DNA of 64,000 nucleotides from Prochlorococcus sp. scB243_495D8 (GCA_000634195.1 JFLT01000015.1:148858-212857), one strand, 5' to 3'. Shown: positions 1 through 10,889, numbered from the stretch's first letter. Translations and numbers: made by a program. The notes: generated by a model from the sequence alone, not told the origin.

Positions 1-55
1 AAAGTCGCTTAATTAAGCAAAATCTTTTAAAGTTCTTAAAGAACAATAATAAACC

Positions 56-484
56 GTGAGTGAAAACATTCAACCATCCTCTGAGGAAAACAAAATAGTT
101 GAAGACTTTGATAAAGAAAAACCTTCTGAAAATCCTTCAGGAGTAAAAGTTGAACAAATTGTACCTAATTTAGAACAAAATAGATTCGAATGTAGAAGTT
201 GTGGATACATTTATGATCCGTCTGAAGGAAATAAAAAATTAAACATACCTAAAAATACACCTTTTTCAGAGTTGGATGGGAATACTTTTGCTTGCCCAGT
301 TTGTCGAGCTGGTAAAAATTTTTATAAGGATATAGGTCCTAAATCTAAACCTAGTGGTTTTGAAGAGAATTTAGTCTATGGATTTGGATTTAATAGTTTA
401 CCTCCTGGACAAAAAAATATATTAATTTTTGGTGGTTTGGCATTTGCTGCGGCTATGTTCCTTTCTTTGTACTCTTTGCATTAA
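56..484 (+). CDS. rubA: Membrane-anchored rubredoxin (RubA type)
   Basis: CxxCGY...CPVC rubredoxin motifs, C-terminal TM helix, position upstream of ycf48-psbEFLJ. Confidence 0.93.
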   Translation: MSENIQPSSEENKIVEDFDKEKPSENPSGVKVEQIVPNLEQNRFECRSCGYIYDPSEGNKKLNIPKNTPFSELDGNTFACPVCRAGKNFYKDIGPKSKPSGFEENLVYGFGFNSLPPGQKNILIFGGLAFAAAMFLSLYSLH

Positions 485-493
485 TATATACAA

Positions 494-1510
494 ATGAAAA
501 AAATTATTACTAGTATTCCCAATCTTCTTTTATCAGTTCTTATCTGTTTTGTGTTGAGCAGTTGTTCATCTACAGGAGTAAAGATGAGTGATAGCAGCCC
601 TTGGAAAACAATTCAGTTTGAGGACCAGGCCAATGCTTTAGATGTTGATTTTATAGATGATAAAAATGGATTTTTAGTAGGTTCTAATAGACTTATTATG
701 GAATCCAATGATGGAGGAGAAACTTGGGAGAAAAGAAATTTAGATTTACCAAGTGAAGAGAACTTTCGTCTGCTAGATATTGACTTTAAAGGAGAAGAGG
801 GATGGTTAATAGGTCAGCCATCACTAGTTATGCATACACTTGATGCTGGAAAAAATTGGACTCGTTTATCTCTAGGCAACAAATTACCAGGTCAACCCTT
901 TCTAATAACGACTGTAGATGCTGGGGTTGCAGAGTTGGCTACCACTGCAGGTGCAATATATGAAACATCAGATAGTGGTGAATCATGGAATGCAAAAGTT
1001 GTAGATGCATCTGGTTCTGGAGGAGTAAGAGATTTAAGAAGAACTAATACAGGAGATTATGTCAGTGTAAGTAGTCTAGGTAATTTCTTTTCTACTTTGG
1101 AAAAGGATAGTGATGCATGGATAGCTCATCAAAGAGCCAGTAGCAAAAGAGTTCAAAGTATTGGTTTTAATCCAGAAGGAAGTTTGTGGATGCTTTCTAG
1201 AGGAGCAGAAATTAGATTTAATGAAGATACTAATGACCTAGAAAATTGGACAAAGCCTATGATACCTATTCTTAATGGATACAATTATTTAGACATGGGT
1301 TGGGATCCAAATGGTGATATATGGGCTGGCGGGGGTAATGGCACTTTAATAGTGAGTAAAGATCAAGGTAAAACTTGGAATAAAGATCCTATTGCATCTG
1401 AATTGCCAACAAACTACATTAAAATAGTTTTTCTTGATAAGGAGGCTTTAGATAATCAAAAAGGATTTGTACTTGGAGAACGTGGCTATATCCTTAAATG
1501 GAATAGCTAA
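494..1510 (+). CDS. ycf48: Photosystem II assembly factor Ycf48/Hcf136
   Basis: Lipoprotein signal (LSSC), repeated S/T-x-D-x-G-x-T/S-W BNR boxes, synteny with psbE. Confidence 0.95.
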   Translation: MKKIITSIPNLLLSVLICFVLSSCSSTGVKMSDSSPWKTIQFEDQANALDVDFIDDKNGFLVGSNRLIMESNDGGETWEKRNLDLPSEENFRLLDIDFKGEEGWLIGQPSLVMHTLDAGKNWTRLSLGNKLPGQPFLITTVDAGVAELATTAGAIYETSDSGESWNAKVVDASGSGGVRDLRRTNTGDYVSVSSLGNFFSTLEKDSDAWIAHQRASSKRVQSIGFNPEGSLWMLSRGAEIRFNEDTNDLENWTKPMIPILNGYNYLDMGWDPNGDIWAGGGNGTLIVSKDQGKTWNKDPIASELPTNYIKIVFLDKEALDNQKGFVLGERGYILKWNS

Positions 1511-1646
1511 CTTTGAATAACTTGCGTTAATAGTAAAAAAAAAATTAATTTTTGAAAGATTTAACAACTGTCTGTAACCAACCTGTTAATTTCTTCGCGA
1601 ACTTATGATTTTACACTGTAAGATCATAGAGTAAACATTTGTGATT

Positions 1647-1895
1647 ATGGCCGCAGGTTCAACGGGTGAACGCCCATTCTTTGAAATAATCACCAGTATT
1701 AGGTACTGGATTATTCATGCAGTAACATTACCAGCTATCTTTATAGCAGGCTTCTTATTCGTATATACAGGCTTAGCCTACGATGCTTTCGGAACTCCTC
1801 GTCCGGACAGTTATTTCCAATCATCTGAATCTAAAGCGCCTGTCGTAACACAAAGATATGAAGCTAAATCTCAATTAGATTTAAGAACAAAATAA
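1647..1895 (+). CDS. psbE: Cytochrome b559 alpha subunit
   Basis: [31 protein letters not shown] 1647 preferred over in-frame GTG 1641. Confidence 0.97.
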
Positions 1896-1897
1896 AA

Positions 1898-2044
1898 ATG
1901 ACTAATTCTCAAGCTCCAATGCAGGCTGCGGAAGTCCGCGTTTATCCTATATTTACTGTTCGTTGGCTAGCGGTTCACGCTTTAGCTATTCCATCAGTAT
2001 TCTTTTTAGGTTCTATTGCTGCTATGCAATTCGTAGCCCGATAA
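1898..2044 (+). CDS. psbF: Cytochrome b559 beta subunit (48 aa, not in ORF track)
   Basis: Translated by hand: [48 protein letters not shown]. Confidence 0.97.
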
Positions 2045-2055
2045 ATTTAACTATC

Positions 2056-2175
2056 ATGCAAGTAAACGAAAATCCTAACAAAGTTCCAGTTGAACTTAAT
2101 CGTACAAGCCTTTATTTAGGCTTATTATCAGTCTTTGTATTGGGAATTTTATTTTCCAGTTACTTTTTCAATTAA
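2056..2175 (+). CDS. psbL: Photosystem II protein L (39 aa)
   Basis: [32 protein letters not shown]; true start 2056 lies within the longer track ORF. Confidence 0.96.
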
Positions 2176-2184
2176 ATTAAAATT

Positions 2185-2382
2185 ATGAGTAAATTAAAAG
2201 GACCTGATGGAAGAATTCCAGATAGACTTCCCGACGGTAGACCAGCAGTTGCTTGGGAAAGAAGATGGACTGAAGGAACACTTCCTCTATGGCTTGTTGC
2301 TACAGCAGGTGGAATTGCAGTTATCTTCGTTTTAGGAATATTCTTCTATGGCTCTTACCAAGGCGTTGGAGGTGGCGGCTAA
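2185..2382 (+). CDS. psbJ: Photosystem II protein J
   Basis: [12 protein letters not shown]...[11 protein letters not shown] motif; last gene of psbEFLJ. Confidence 0.95.
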   Translation: MSKLKGPDGRIPDRLPDGRPAVAWERRWTEGTLPLWLVATAGGIAVIFVLGIFFYGSYQGVGGGG

Positions 2383-2425
2383 AGAATCCTTCCATTGACC
2401 TGACAATCACTTATATCTAATAAGT

Positions 2426-3319
2426 CTAATAAGAATCAGTAAATATCCTTAGCTTTTCTTTTGCGGAGCTTGGGATATTTTCTTTTTGGGTTATCAATCC
2501 ATCTTTTAATGAAAAATGAGACTTACTTTTTGGTCTTTCTTTTTCAATTAATTTAGCTACTTCAAATATTATTTTATTAGCCACTTCAGTATTTGATCTA
2601 AGATTATCCATAACCATCTCTACAGAAACTTCTTGATGAGTTTGATGCCAGCAATCATAATCAGTAACCATAGATAATGAGGAGTAAGCTATTTCAGCTT
2701 CTTTAGCTAACCTTGCTTCTGTGTGGTTCGTCATTCCAATTATTGAACATCCCCAACTCCTATATAAATTAGATTCTGCTCTAGTTGAGAAAGCTGGACC
2801 TTCCATTGCTAGATAAGTACCCCCTCTATGTAATTGTCTACCGCCAGGAATATTTTTTTCTCCGATTTCACTTACTATACGTGATAAATTTGTGCAGAAG
2901 GGATCTCCCATAGTTACGTGAGCAACAGCTCCCTCGTTAAAAAAGGTTGCAGGTCTATTTTTTGTCCGGTCTATAAATTGATCTGGAACAACTATGTCAA
3001 GCGGCCTTATCTGTTCTTGTAAAGAACCAACTGCTGATGGAGCAATAATCCATCTTACTCCTATTGATCTTAGAGCCCAAATATTAGCTCTGTAAGGAAT
3101 TTCAGAAGGATTTAAACTATGTGTTCTGCCATGTCTAGGAATAAATGCTATCTCTAGGTTTCCAAGATTATATACTTTTATTGAATCAGAAGGTTTACCA
3201 TAGGGAGTATTGATTTCTAGTTCTCTTAAGTACTCTATTTGATCCATTGAATAAAATCCACTTCCACCAATCACTCCTAATCTTGATTTCTCAATTGGTA
3301 ATAAATGTTCTTTATCCAT
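2426..3319 (-). CDS. mtnP: 5'-methylthioadenosine phosphorylase
   Basis: GVIGGSG, PRHG, EGPAFSTRAES, IGMT, VTDYDCW motifs. Confidence 0.93.
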   Translation of the reverse strand: MDKEHLLPIEKSRLGVIGGSGFYSMDQIEYLRELEINTPYGKPSDSIKVYNLGNLEIAFIPRHGRTHSLNPSEIPYRANIWALRSIGVRWIIAPSAVGSLQEQIRPLDIVVPDQFIDRTKNRPATFFNEGAVAHVTMGDPFCTNLSRIVSEIGEKNIPGGRQLHRGGTYLAMEGPAFSTRAESNLYRSWGCSIIGMTNHTEARLAKEAEIAYSSLSMVTDYDCWHQTHQEVSVEMVMDNLRSNTEVANKIIFEVAKLIEKERPKSKSHFSLKDGLITQKENIPSSAKEKLRIFTDSY

Positions 3320-3329
3320 AGTGATTTAA

Positions 3330-5498
3330 ATGACTTTTAATCATCTGGTACTAATTGGAGGAGGACACGCAAATGTTTCTTTATTGAAGAAATGGTTAAT
3401 GTTTCCGAAATTAATGCCAGAAATTCCTGTTTCAATTATATCTAGAGATTCTCATTTGGTTTATTCGGCGATGTTCCCATCGGTGATTGCAAAATCAATC
3501 ACTCTAAAAGAAAGTTTAATTGATATAAAATCTTTAGCAAAAAATGCAAAAGTCTCTTTTATAGAAGAAGAAGTAAAGGATATTGATTTCAATTTAAAGA
3601 AAATTGTCTTATGTAATAGACCTTCAATTAATTATTCGAAGTTGGTGCTTAATTTTGGAAGTCAAACAATAATTCCAAAAGAATTTGAATCACTAGTTAA
3701 AAATCGAAATGCTTTTTCAATTAAACCTTTTTTAAGGGCTTATGACTCAATACTAAAAGAGGACATTTTTGATTCATTTAATGAACTTCCATTTGTAATT
3801 GTTGGGAGTGGCCTTGCTGCAATTGAAGTATCATATGCTTTGCGAAAAAGATGGGGAGATAGACCTTTAAAACTATTATGTGATTCAAGAAAAATTAATA
3901 ATACAATTCTAAAAAGTTTAAGGAATTCCAATATTGAAATAGTTGAAAAACTTAATTTTGATTATGGCAAGATTCTTTTATGTACTGGAAATACATCTCC
4001 GTTATGGGCACAAAAAAAATTATTAGATTCGGATTCTTATGGCAGGATAATTACAAATCAGAATTTACAGATAAAAAGTTTCTCTGGAATCTTTGCTGTC
4101 GGTGATTGCGCAGTTTTAGGTTCAGCAAAAAGACCAGCATCGGGAGTTTTTGCAGTAAAAGTTGTAAATACATTAGTAAAAAATCTTAAAAAAGATATAG
4201 AAGGGAGATCATTAAAAAAGTGGTTTCCTCAAAAGATCGGATTGCAAATAGTAAATATATTTCCAAGCCATCATCCAAAGGCTTTTGCTATTTATCGCAA
4301 TTTTGTTTTCGGCCCTTCTTTTATTTTTTGGATTTTAAAGCATAAAATTGATCTCAACTTTATTAAAAAGTTCAGATTAAAAAGGCTAATGATGAAGAGT
4401 AGTGAAAAAAATATTTCATTCAATGATTGCAGAGGATGTGCAGCTAAAATTCCTCAGTTAGTTTTGAATAAATCATTAATAAATTCCAATTTAAATTCTT
4501 TTGCCTCATCGCCTGAAGATTCAGTTGAGATTTATCAAAATGGTCAAGATATTATCTTGCAAAGTGTAGATGGATTTCCTGCTTTAGTAAGTGATCCTTG
4601 GTTTAATGCAAAAATTACTACTTTGCATGCTTGCTCAGATTTGTGGGCATGTGGAGCAAAACTTTCATCTGCGCAGGCTTTAATTTCCTTACCAAAAGTT
4701 GAAAGGCAATTTCAGAGTTACCTCTTTTCTCAATCACTTCAAGGTATTAAATCAACAGTTGAGGATCATGGAGGTGAATTACTTGGAGGCCATACTTTCG
4801 AGGCGAGAAGTTTAGTAAATAAACCTTATTCATTAGGAATAGATATTTCTTTAACAGTTCAAGGTATTTTAAAAAATGGAGCAAAACCATGGCTTAAATC
4901 TGGAATGAAAATTGGAGATATTCTCATGATGTCTAGACCTCTGGGCGTTGGGATTTACTTTGCCGGTCAAATGCAAAATATTAATATGCTAGGTAGTTCT
5001 GAAGTAATTAATAATTTAGTAAAGAGTCAGCAATATTTGATTGATGAAATATATCTTTTCCAAAATCAATTTAAAGAATCATTAGTCAACGCTGCGACTG
5101 ACATTACTGGATATGGATTTATTGGACATCTTAAAGAAATGGTTGAATCATCTAATTTATATAGGCAAAGCAATAATCTTGAGCCACTAAAAGTTTTATT
5201 AGATTTATTTGCATTTAAAGCTTATCCTGGAGTATTTGATTTAATAAGAAAAGATGTTAAAAGTACTTTCTTTGAATCTAATAAAGAAATTTTTGACAAA
5301 ATTTATAAAGTAAATAAGCAAAAAAGAATAATTAATTTTTTAAACGAAATTTCATTAGATCAAGAGACTTTTAACGAGAGAATATCATTACTATTAGATC
5401 CTCAAACATGTGGACCCTTGTTGATTAGTTGCAATCGTAAATATGAAAATGTTCTAAAGGATAAATGGTACAAGGTTGGAGAAGTTGTAAAAATGTAA
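3330..5498 (+). CDS. selD: Selenide, water dikinase fused to an N-terminal FAD-dependent pyridine nucleotide-disulfide oxidoreductase domain
   Basis: N-terminal LVLIGGGH and FAVGDCA; C-terminal CRGCAAK, SDLWA, GGHT, TDITGYG, DPQTCGPLL SelD motifs. Confidence 0.9.
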   Translation: MTFNHLVLIGGGHANVSLLKKWLMFPKLMPEIPVSIISRDSHLVYSAMFPSVIAKSITLKESLIDIKSLAKNAKVSFIEEEVKDIDFNLKKIVLCNRPSINYSKLVLNFGSQTIIPKEFESLVKNRNAFSIKPFLRAYDSILKEDIFDSFNELPFVIVGSGLAAIEVSYALRKRWGDRPLKLLCDSRKINNTILKSLRNSNIEIVEKLNFDYGKILLCTGNTSPLWAQKKLLDSDSYGRIITNQNLQIKSFSGIFAVGDCAVLGSAKRPASGVFAVKVVNTLVKNLKKDIEGRSLKKWFPQKIGLQIVNIFPSHHPKAFAIYRNFVFGPSFIFWILKHKIDLNFIKKFRLKRLMMKSSEKNISFNDCRGCAAKIPQLVLNKSLINSNLNSFASSPEDSVEIYQNGQDIILQSVDGFPALVSDPWFNAKITTLHACSDLWACGAKLSSAQALISLPKVERQFQSYLFSQSLQGIKSTVEDHGGELLGGHTFEARSLVNKPYSLGIDISLTVQGILKNGAKPWLKSGMKIGDILMMSRPLGVGIYFAGQMQNINMLGSSEVINNLVKSQQYLIDEIYLFQNQFKESLVNAATDITGYGFIGHLKEMVESSNLYRQSNNLEPLKVLLDLFAFKAYPGVFDLIRKDVKSTFFESNKEIFDKIYKVNKQKRIINFLNEISLDQETFNERISLLLDPQTCGPLLISCNRKYENVLKDKWYKVGEVVKM

Positions 5499-6746
5499 TT
5501 AATTTCTATTTAATTTGTCAATTTCCAAATATCTTAATCTTTTGATTTCCTTTCCCATCTCCTTCCCTGGGTCCCATCCTTCTTTTTTTAATGTTTTTCC
5601 ATCTTTTGTTGATTTTATGAATTTGTAAATAAATAACCACTTAAACAATTTACGCCAGTATGGTCCTCCATCACAAATTAATAATTTAACTGTTTCATCA
5701 TTAAGGTTTCTGTCCTCAATAAATTCTGTCCAACTTGATGGAGAAAAATGATTGAAAGTTTTTTGGTTTGTATTTAATATCTTTTTGATATTTATATAAT
5801 CTTCTAATATTTTTATCTCACTATTATTTACCAAAAATCTTTGACATGCTTTTTCTAAATCTTCTGAATCTTTTAATAAGTAAAGCATATGATTTCCCTT
5901 TAACTTCTTAATCCAATTTAGTCCTCTTAAAAATCTTTTATCGACTTTAATATTTTCATTTAAGATTGAGATAATTTCCCATTTATAAATTATCGAAATC
6001 ACATTAGTCAAATTATCATGTTTGCATATTTCAGTTAGTTCCATCCTTATTCGTATGCCTAGTGCAGGAGGGTAGATCATTTTCTGGTGAGTTTCTAAAC
6101 TTTTCCATGGCCACTGTCTAACTGTTTCTTGAGATTGTTTAAGGGAATTATTTGAAATATTGAAATCTAACCTTGAAGCATATTTTGCACATCTAATTAA
6201 TCTACTTGGATCATCTGAAATACTATTACTGTGAAGTAAGTTCAATCTTTTACTTTTTATATCAGAAATTCCTCCATAAAGATCATAGATTTTCCTTGTC
6301 GAGACCTCAAAGGCTATTGTATTTATAGTGAAATCTCTCCTCTTTAGATCCTCCTCAATAGTACTTTTATTTACTGTGGGATTTAAGCCTGGAGCAGAAT
6401 AAATTTCTTTTCTTGCAGAAGCAATATCAATCTTATAGTCATTAATATTTATTTCTACAGTGTTGTATAAATTGAATTCCTTGATTAAACATAAATCTAC
6501 ATTTACAATATTTTTTTTTATAAATTTTGCAAGAGAAATAGAGGATCCTTCAATAACAAGATCAATATCTATAGGTTTAGAAAACGATTTTTTGTGGAAT
6601 TTACTAATTAATAAATCTCTTAAATAACCGCCAACAAAAGCTACTTTAGTATTGTTATTAGATTCTATGTATTTAGCAATTATGTTATAAAGATTAAATG
6701 GAGTTTTGAGTAATTCTTCTTGGATGTAATCAGAGATATCGTTCAT
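5499..6746 (-). CDS. tRNA nucleotidyltransferase / poly(A) polymerase family protein
   Basis: VGGYLRD, DIDLV, EDLKRRDFTIN, DDPSRLIR class II nucleotidyltransferase motifs. Confidence 0.9.
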   Translation of the reverse strand: MNDISDYIQEELLKTPFNLYNIIAKYIESNNNTKVAFVGGYLRDLLISKFHKKSFSKPIDIDLVIEGSSISLAKFIKKNIVNVDLCLIKEFNLYNTVEININDYKIDIASARKEIYSAPGLNPTVNKSTIEEDLKRRDFTINTIAFEVSTRKIYDLYGGISDIKSKRLNLLHSNSISDDPSRLIRCAKYASRLDFNISNNSLKQSQETVRQWPWKSLETHQKMIYPPALGIRIRMELTEICKHDNLTNVISIIYKWEIISILNENIKVDKRFLRGLNWIKKLKGNHMLYLLKDSEDLEKACQRFLVNNSEIKILEDYINIKKILNTNQKTFNHFSPSSWTEFIEDRNLNDETVKLLICDGGPYWRKLFKWLFIYKFIKSTKDGKTLKKEGWDPGKEMGKEIKRLRYLEIDKLNRN

Positions 6747-6751
6747 GAGTT

Positions 6752-9160
6752 TTAACTTACATAACGAATTGGAGCTAATCTTGGATCTAGAATTTTACTT
6801 CCTTTATCGCCAAATTTTACTGCTAAAGATATTTTTTCCCCACTCCCAAAAATATGTATGATTTCACCTTTCCCAAACTTTGAGTGAATTAGCATATCTC
6901 CCACTATCCAGCTTTTCCCTTTACTGGGACCTGAATACAATTTCCTTACTGCATTTATTGGTTTGTTAACAAATTCATTTGGGTTGTTTCGATCAACTCT
7001 AGTTAAACGATCAAGATGCCAATCTCTCCTAATTGAAGCACCACCAGTTTGTGGTAATTCGCCATCCATTAAATCTTCAGGTATTTCCGAAAGAAATATT
7101 GAGGGAATTGTTGCCTCACGCATTCCACCCCATAATCTTCTTTCTCTGGCATGACTTAAGAAAACTCTTTCTTTAGCTCTAGTAATACCTACATAGCATA
7201 ATCTTCTTTCCTCTTCAAGAAGTGAGGGAGTATCTATTGATCTATGGCTAGGGAAGAGACCTTGTTCTAGGCCAGTGATAAAAACATTTTGAAATTCTAA
7301 ACCTTTACTATTATGCAGAGTCATAAGAGTTACTGAGTTAGGATTATTTTTCTTCGTATCATTATCAGTTGTTAAGGCTGCTGTAGAAAGAAATCCCTCT
7401 ACATCTCCACTTTCTGTTTCTTCTTCATATTGAGTAGCTGCATTAATTAGTTCTTGTAAGTTATTTCTTCTATCTTCAGATTCTTCAGTCCCACTAGAGA
7501 GCAAGTCACTTAAATACCCACTTTTTTCTAATATAAGTTGTATTAGCTGAGCGGGGCCTGAATTCTCTAGATAACACAGTAGATCATTCATAATTTCAGT
7601 AAATTTATTAATTCCTTTTGATGATCGCCCTATTGTTTCTTCAAGACTTTGCTTATCATTTAGAACCTCCCATAATGGGATATTTAACCTATTAGATAGT
7701 TCATTAAGTTTTTGAATAGTAGTCTTACCAATCCCTCTTCTAGGAACATTTATAATTCGTAAAAGACTAACATTATCTGAAGAATTAACCAGAACTTTCA
7801 AATATGCTATTGCATCTTTAATTTCTCTTCTATCATAAAAACGCAATCCTCCAAAAATTGTATAAGGAATGCGCCACCTTACAAGAGATTCTTCTAATAC
7901 TCTCGACTGAGCTCTAGTTCGATATAAAATTGCAAAATTTTTCCAAATTGGATTTTGATTATAGTTATTGAGTGATTTTATTTTATTGGTAATTGCTTCT
8001 GCCTCGGAAATTTCATCATCACAGCTGAGTAACGTTAAAAGTTCCCCTTTTTCTTTAGTAGCCTTTAAAACTTTGTCAATTCTTTCAGAGTTGTTTTCAA
8101 TTAGTGAGTTTGCAGCATCAAGGATATTGGAAGATGATCTATAATTTTCTTCTAATTTAATTAAAGATGATTTTGTATCGTCGTTGATTGAGGTTTTAAA
8201 ATCTTCTTGAAAACCAATTAAAATTCTGAAGTCAGCTGCTCTGAAACTATAAATACTTTGATCAGCATCCCCAACTACAAAAATTGACCGATCTTCCCAA
8301 TTGAAGAATTGTTTTGGTTCAGTATTTCCAGCTGTAATTAATTTTATAAGTTCATATTGTGTTCTATTTGTATCTTGATATTCGTCAACTAAAATATGTT
8401 TAAATCTTTTGTGCCAGTAATCTCTTACTATATCATTTTGCCTCAATAAGAAAACAGGCAAAAGCAGAAGATCATCAAAGTCTAAAGAATTATTTTTTGA
8501 GAGCGAAAATCTATATCTCTTGTAGGCTTCTGCAACTGTTTTATCAAAATTATTATCTGCTTTTTCTAAAAGATCATTAGAAGTTAAGCATTGATTTTTA
8601 GCATTACTTATTAATCTTTTAATCTTTTTGGGATCATATCTTTTTGGGTCAAGATTCATATCTTGACTGATAATTTCTTTTACTAATGTTTGAGAATCTG
8701 TTTCATCGTAAATTGAAAATTGCCTTGTCCATTTTAGGCCTTCTGGATCAGTATATTTTTCAATATCGTATCTCAGAAGTCTTGAAAATAAAGAATGGAA
8801 GGTACCGATCCAAAGGTTCTGAAGCCTCTCTTGGTGAACGTTTGTTCTTAATTGATTTTGATCAATTTCTTTAAGAGTTGTCCAAGGCTGACCAAATTGA
8901 TTAAAAGCTAATTCTTGGGCTAGAAGAACCTCTAATCTTGCTTTCATTTCTTTGGCAGCTTTGTTAGTGAAAGTGACTGCGAGAATGTTATAGGGATCTA
9001 TAGAGTTACCCTCAATAAGGTTTGCAATTCTGTGAGTAAGAGCCTTAGTTTTTCCGCTGCCTGCACCAGCTACAACTAATAGTGGTCCATAAACATGTTT
9101 TACTGCTTGAAGTTGTTGATTGTTTAGGGAATTAAAAAGGAAATTGTTAGTTTGAGGCAC
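6752..9160 (-). CDS. uvrD: UvrD/PcrA ATP-dependent DNA helicase
   Basis: AGAGSGKT, VDEYQDTN, VGDADQSIYSFR, SKGLEF, EERRLCYVGITRA; C-terminal Tudor-like HSKFGKG. Confidence 0.95.
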   Translation of the reverse strand: MPQTNNFLFNSLNNQQLQAVKHVYGPLLVVAGAGSGKTKALTHRIANLIEGNSIDPYNILAVTFTNKAAKEMKARLEVLLAQELAFNQFGQPWTTLKEIDQNQLRTNVHQERLQNLWIGTFHSLFSRLLRYDIEKYTDPEGLKWTRQFSIYDETDSQTLVKEIISQDMNLDPKRYDPKKIKRLISNAKNQCLTSNDLLEKADNNFDKTVAEAYKRYRFSLSKNNSLDFDDLLLLPVFLLRQNDIVRDYWHKRFKHILVDEYQDTNRTQYELIKLITAGNTEPKQFFNWEDRSIFVVGDADQSIYSFRAADFRILIGFQEDFKTSINDDTKSSLIKLEENYRSSSNILDAANSLIENNSERIDKVLKATKEKGELLTLLSCDDEISEAEAITNKIKSLNNYNQNPIWKNFAILYRTRAQSRVLEESLVRWRIPYTIFGGLRFYDRREIKDAIAYLKVLVNSSDNVSLLRIINVPRRGIGKTTIQKLNELSNRLNIPLWEVLNDKQSLEETIGRSSKGINKFTEIMNDLLCYLENSGPAQLIQLILEKSGYLSDLLSSGTEESEDRRNNLQELINAATQYEEETESGDVEGFLSTAALTTDNDTKKNNPNSVTLMTLHNSKGLEFQNVFITGLEQGLFPSHRSIDTPSLLEEERRLCYVGITRAKERVFLSHARERRLWGGMREATIPSIFLSEIPEDLMDGELPQTGGASIRRDWHLDRLTRVDRNNPNEFVNKPINAVRKLYSGPSKGKSWIVGDMLIHSKFGKGEIIHIFGSGEKISLAVKFGDKGSKILDPRLAPIRYVS

Positions 9161-9182
9161 TTTTGGAAGGGTTTTTCAAAAA

Positions 9183-9389
9183 TCAGACTTTATTATGTGA
9201 TTCAGATTCCATTTCTAGATCTTCTAAAGTTTTTTTTAAATTGATAAGTTCATTATTGTTACTAATTATTTCTTCAAATTTATTTTGAGGCATCTTTAAT
9301 TTCATACTTCTGTCTAGAATTTCTTTTTCCAATCTCTTTTTGTATGAGGAAATAAGTTTCTTTGATATTTTTAAATCCTGTTGATCCAA
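9183..9389 (-). CDS. Hypothetical small coiled-coil protein
   Basis: 68-aa ORF co-oriented with uvrD, TTG start. Confidence 0.65.
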   Translation of the reverse strand: MDQQDLKISKKLISSYKKRLEKEILDRSMKLKMPQNKFEEIISNNNELINLKKTLEDLEMESESHNKV

Positions 9390-9567
9390 AACTCTATTAG
9401 AAAATTAATTATATTTTAGCGGAAAAAAATTTTTTATTTGAATTATTTCAACTATCACTTTGGAATGAAGTTATTAATTAAGAACCATTGCGTTAAGTTT
9501 GAAATTGTATTGTTTTTACTAGCTTTGTATTATTCTTAAGATCGGTCTTTAATTTTTTACTACAGGA

Positions 9568-10080
9568 ATGCCAGTTTCAAAGGAAAATCAACTATTCTCA
9601 GCCGATAAGAAATTAAATGATTTAAGCAATATAAAAGAATTTATTAATACTGCAAACTCAAGATTAGATGCAATAACCTCAATAACCAATAATTCACATG
9701 CAATCGCAGCAGACGCTGTAACTGCAATGATTTGCGAAAATCAAGATTCACTTAATTCAAAAATATCTTTAAATACAACTAACAAGATGTCCGTTTGTTT
9801 AAGAGATGGAGAAATAATCCTAAGGATTGTTGCTTATCTTTTAATTTCTAATGACGAATCAGTTTTAGAAAAAAGTTGTTTGAAGGATCTTAAAAATACT
9901 TATCTTGCTCTTGGGGTACCTTTAAGAAATGCAAGAAGGGTTTTTGAATTAATGCGAGATGCAACTATTTCTGATTTGAATTCAACAGTTAATAATATGC
10001 GTGGAAACAAAGGCTTTCTTCCTAAATTAATATCTGAAACAGAGTTTCAATTTGAAAGGATAATTAATCTTTTAAACTAG
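9568..10080 (+). CDS. cpeB: Degenerate phycoerythrin beta subunit
   Basis: [32 protein letters not shown] phycobiliprotein beta motifs; no alpha subunit adjacent. Confidence 0.92.
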   Translation: MPVSKENQLFSADKKLNDLSNIKEFINTANSRLDAITSITNNSHAIAADAVTAMICENQDSLNSKISLNTTNKMSVCLRDGEIILRIVAYLLISNDESVLEKSCLKDLKNTYLALGVPLRNARRVFELMRDATISDLNSTVNNMRGNKGFLPKLISETEFQFERIINLLN

Positions 10081-10615
10081 CTAAATTCCTTATCTCTGAA
10101 GTATGTGACGTCTGTATAACTGAGTTATTTTCAAGGTTTCTAATAGTAGAAAATCTGGATCTTACATGAGTGGATAAAAAGGAAATTCTTTCTTCGGAAA
10201 CTGTTGATTTATAAATAGTTTTAATGTGTAAATTATTTTGTTCATCAACAAAATAATTGGATGATGAAATAAAGGATTCTGTATATCCTTTATTTCTTAA
10301 AACAATTCCTGAGTTTTCATCTTTGGGTAAAAAAATCATAATAGTTTCATCTCCCTCACGGATATCATTATTGTCCCAATCACTAATAGCTTGCCAGTTT
10401 ATAGAAATGGCTATGTTCTCTAGGTTTAAACTAAATTTATAATTTTTAAAAATTTCAACGACTTTTTTATTTTTATTGTTGATGTGTTTTATATATATTT
10501 TACTAGTTGAGTTTTCAAATTCCTGAAAAGTTAAAGTGTGAGTACTTCTAATAGATTTCCACTCTCCTATACTTTTATCAATGAATTGATTAATTATTGT
10601 TAGATTCTTCTTCAA
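10064..10615 (-). CDS. cpeS: CpeS/CpcS-type phycobiliprotein lyase
   Basis: S.GEWKS.RS.H, R.KGY.E, EERI.F...VRSR.S, SE.R lyase motifs; adjacent to cpeB. Confidence 0.88.
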   Translation of the reverse strand: MKKNLTIINQFIDKSIGEWKSIRSTHTLTFQEFENSTSKIYIKHINNKNKKVVEIFKNYKFSLNLENIAISINWQAISDWDNNDIREGDETIMIFLPKDENSGIVLRNKGYTESFISSSNYFVDEQNNLHIKTIYKSTVSEERISFLSTHVRSRFSTIRNLENNSVIQTSHTSEIRNLASLKD

Positions 10616-10769
10616 GTTTATCTTCTACGGAATGATTTTCTGCTTTTTGTATCATTCTTACCATTGAATCCACCATTAATCTCTTTGCAGAAGTTACTTT
10701 TAATCCAGAAGGAGTAGTTGATATTTGTTCCCCAGGGCGATCATATGAAGTTGGTCTAAATGGAGTCAT
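10590..10769 (-). CDS. Small protein upstream of cpeS (59 aa, not in ORF track)
   Basis: Translated by hand: [59 protein letters not shown]; overlaps the cpeS start. Confidence 0.7.
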   Translation of the reverse strand: MTPFRPTSYDRPGEQISTTPSGLKVTSAKRLMVDSMVRMIQKAENHSVEDKLEEESNNN

Positions 10770-10889
10770 CTAATGTCTTTAGAAAAATTAATCGATTTCT
10801 ATTCTTGCATGAATCATTATTTATATAGTTATTGTTTGCGAAAATGTCATATCTTTCTACTTTGATTACAGAATTATCAACTATTTTTG

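Noticed and set aside
1963..2175. 70-aa track ORF
   Set aside because: Its N-terminal part is an alternative frame over psbF; only 2056-2175 is psbL
5499..6746. Link between CCA-less tRNA genes in the window and the nucleotidyltransferase
   Set aside because: Ordinary for cyanobacteria; CC- vs A-adding specificity cannot be assigned by eye
9507..9519. GTA-N7-TAC upstream of cpeB as an NtcA site
   Set aside because: Spacing is 7, not the canonical GTA-N8-TAC
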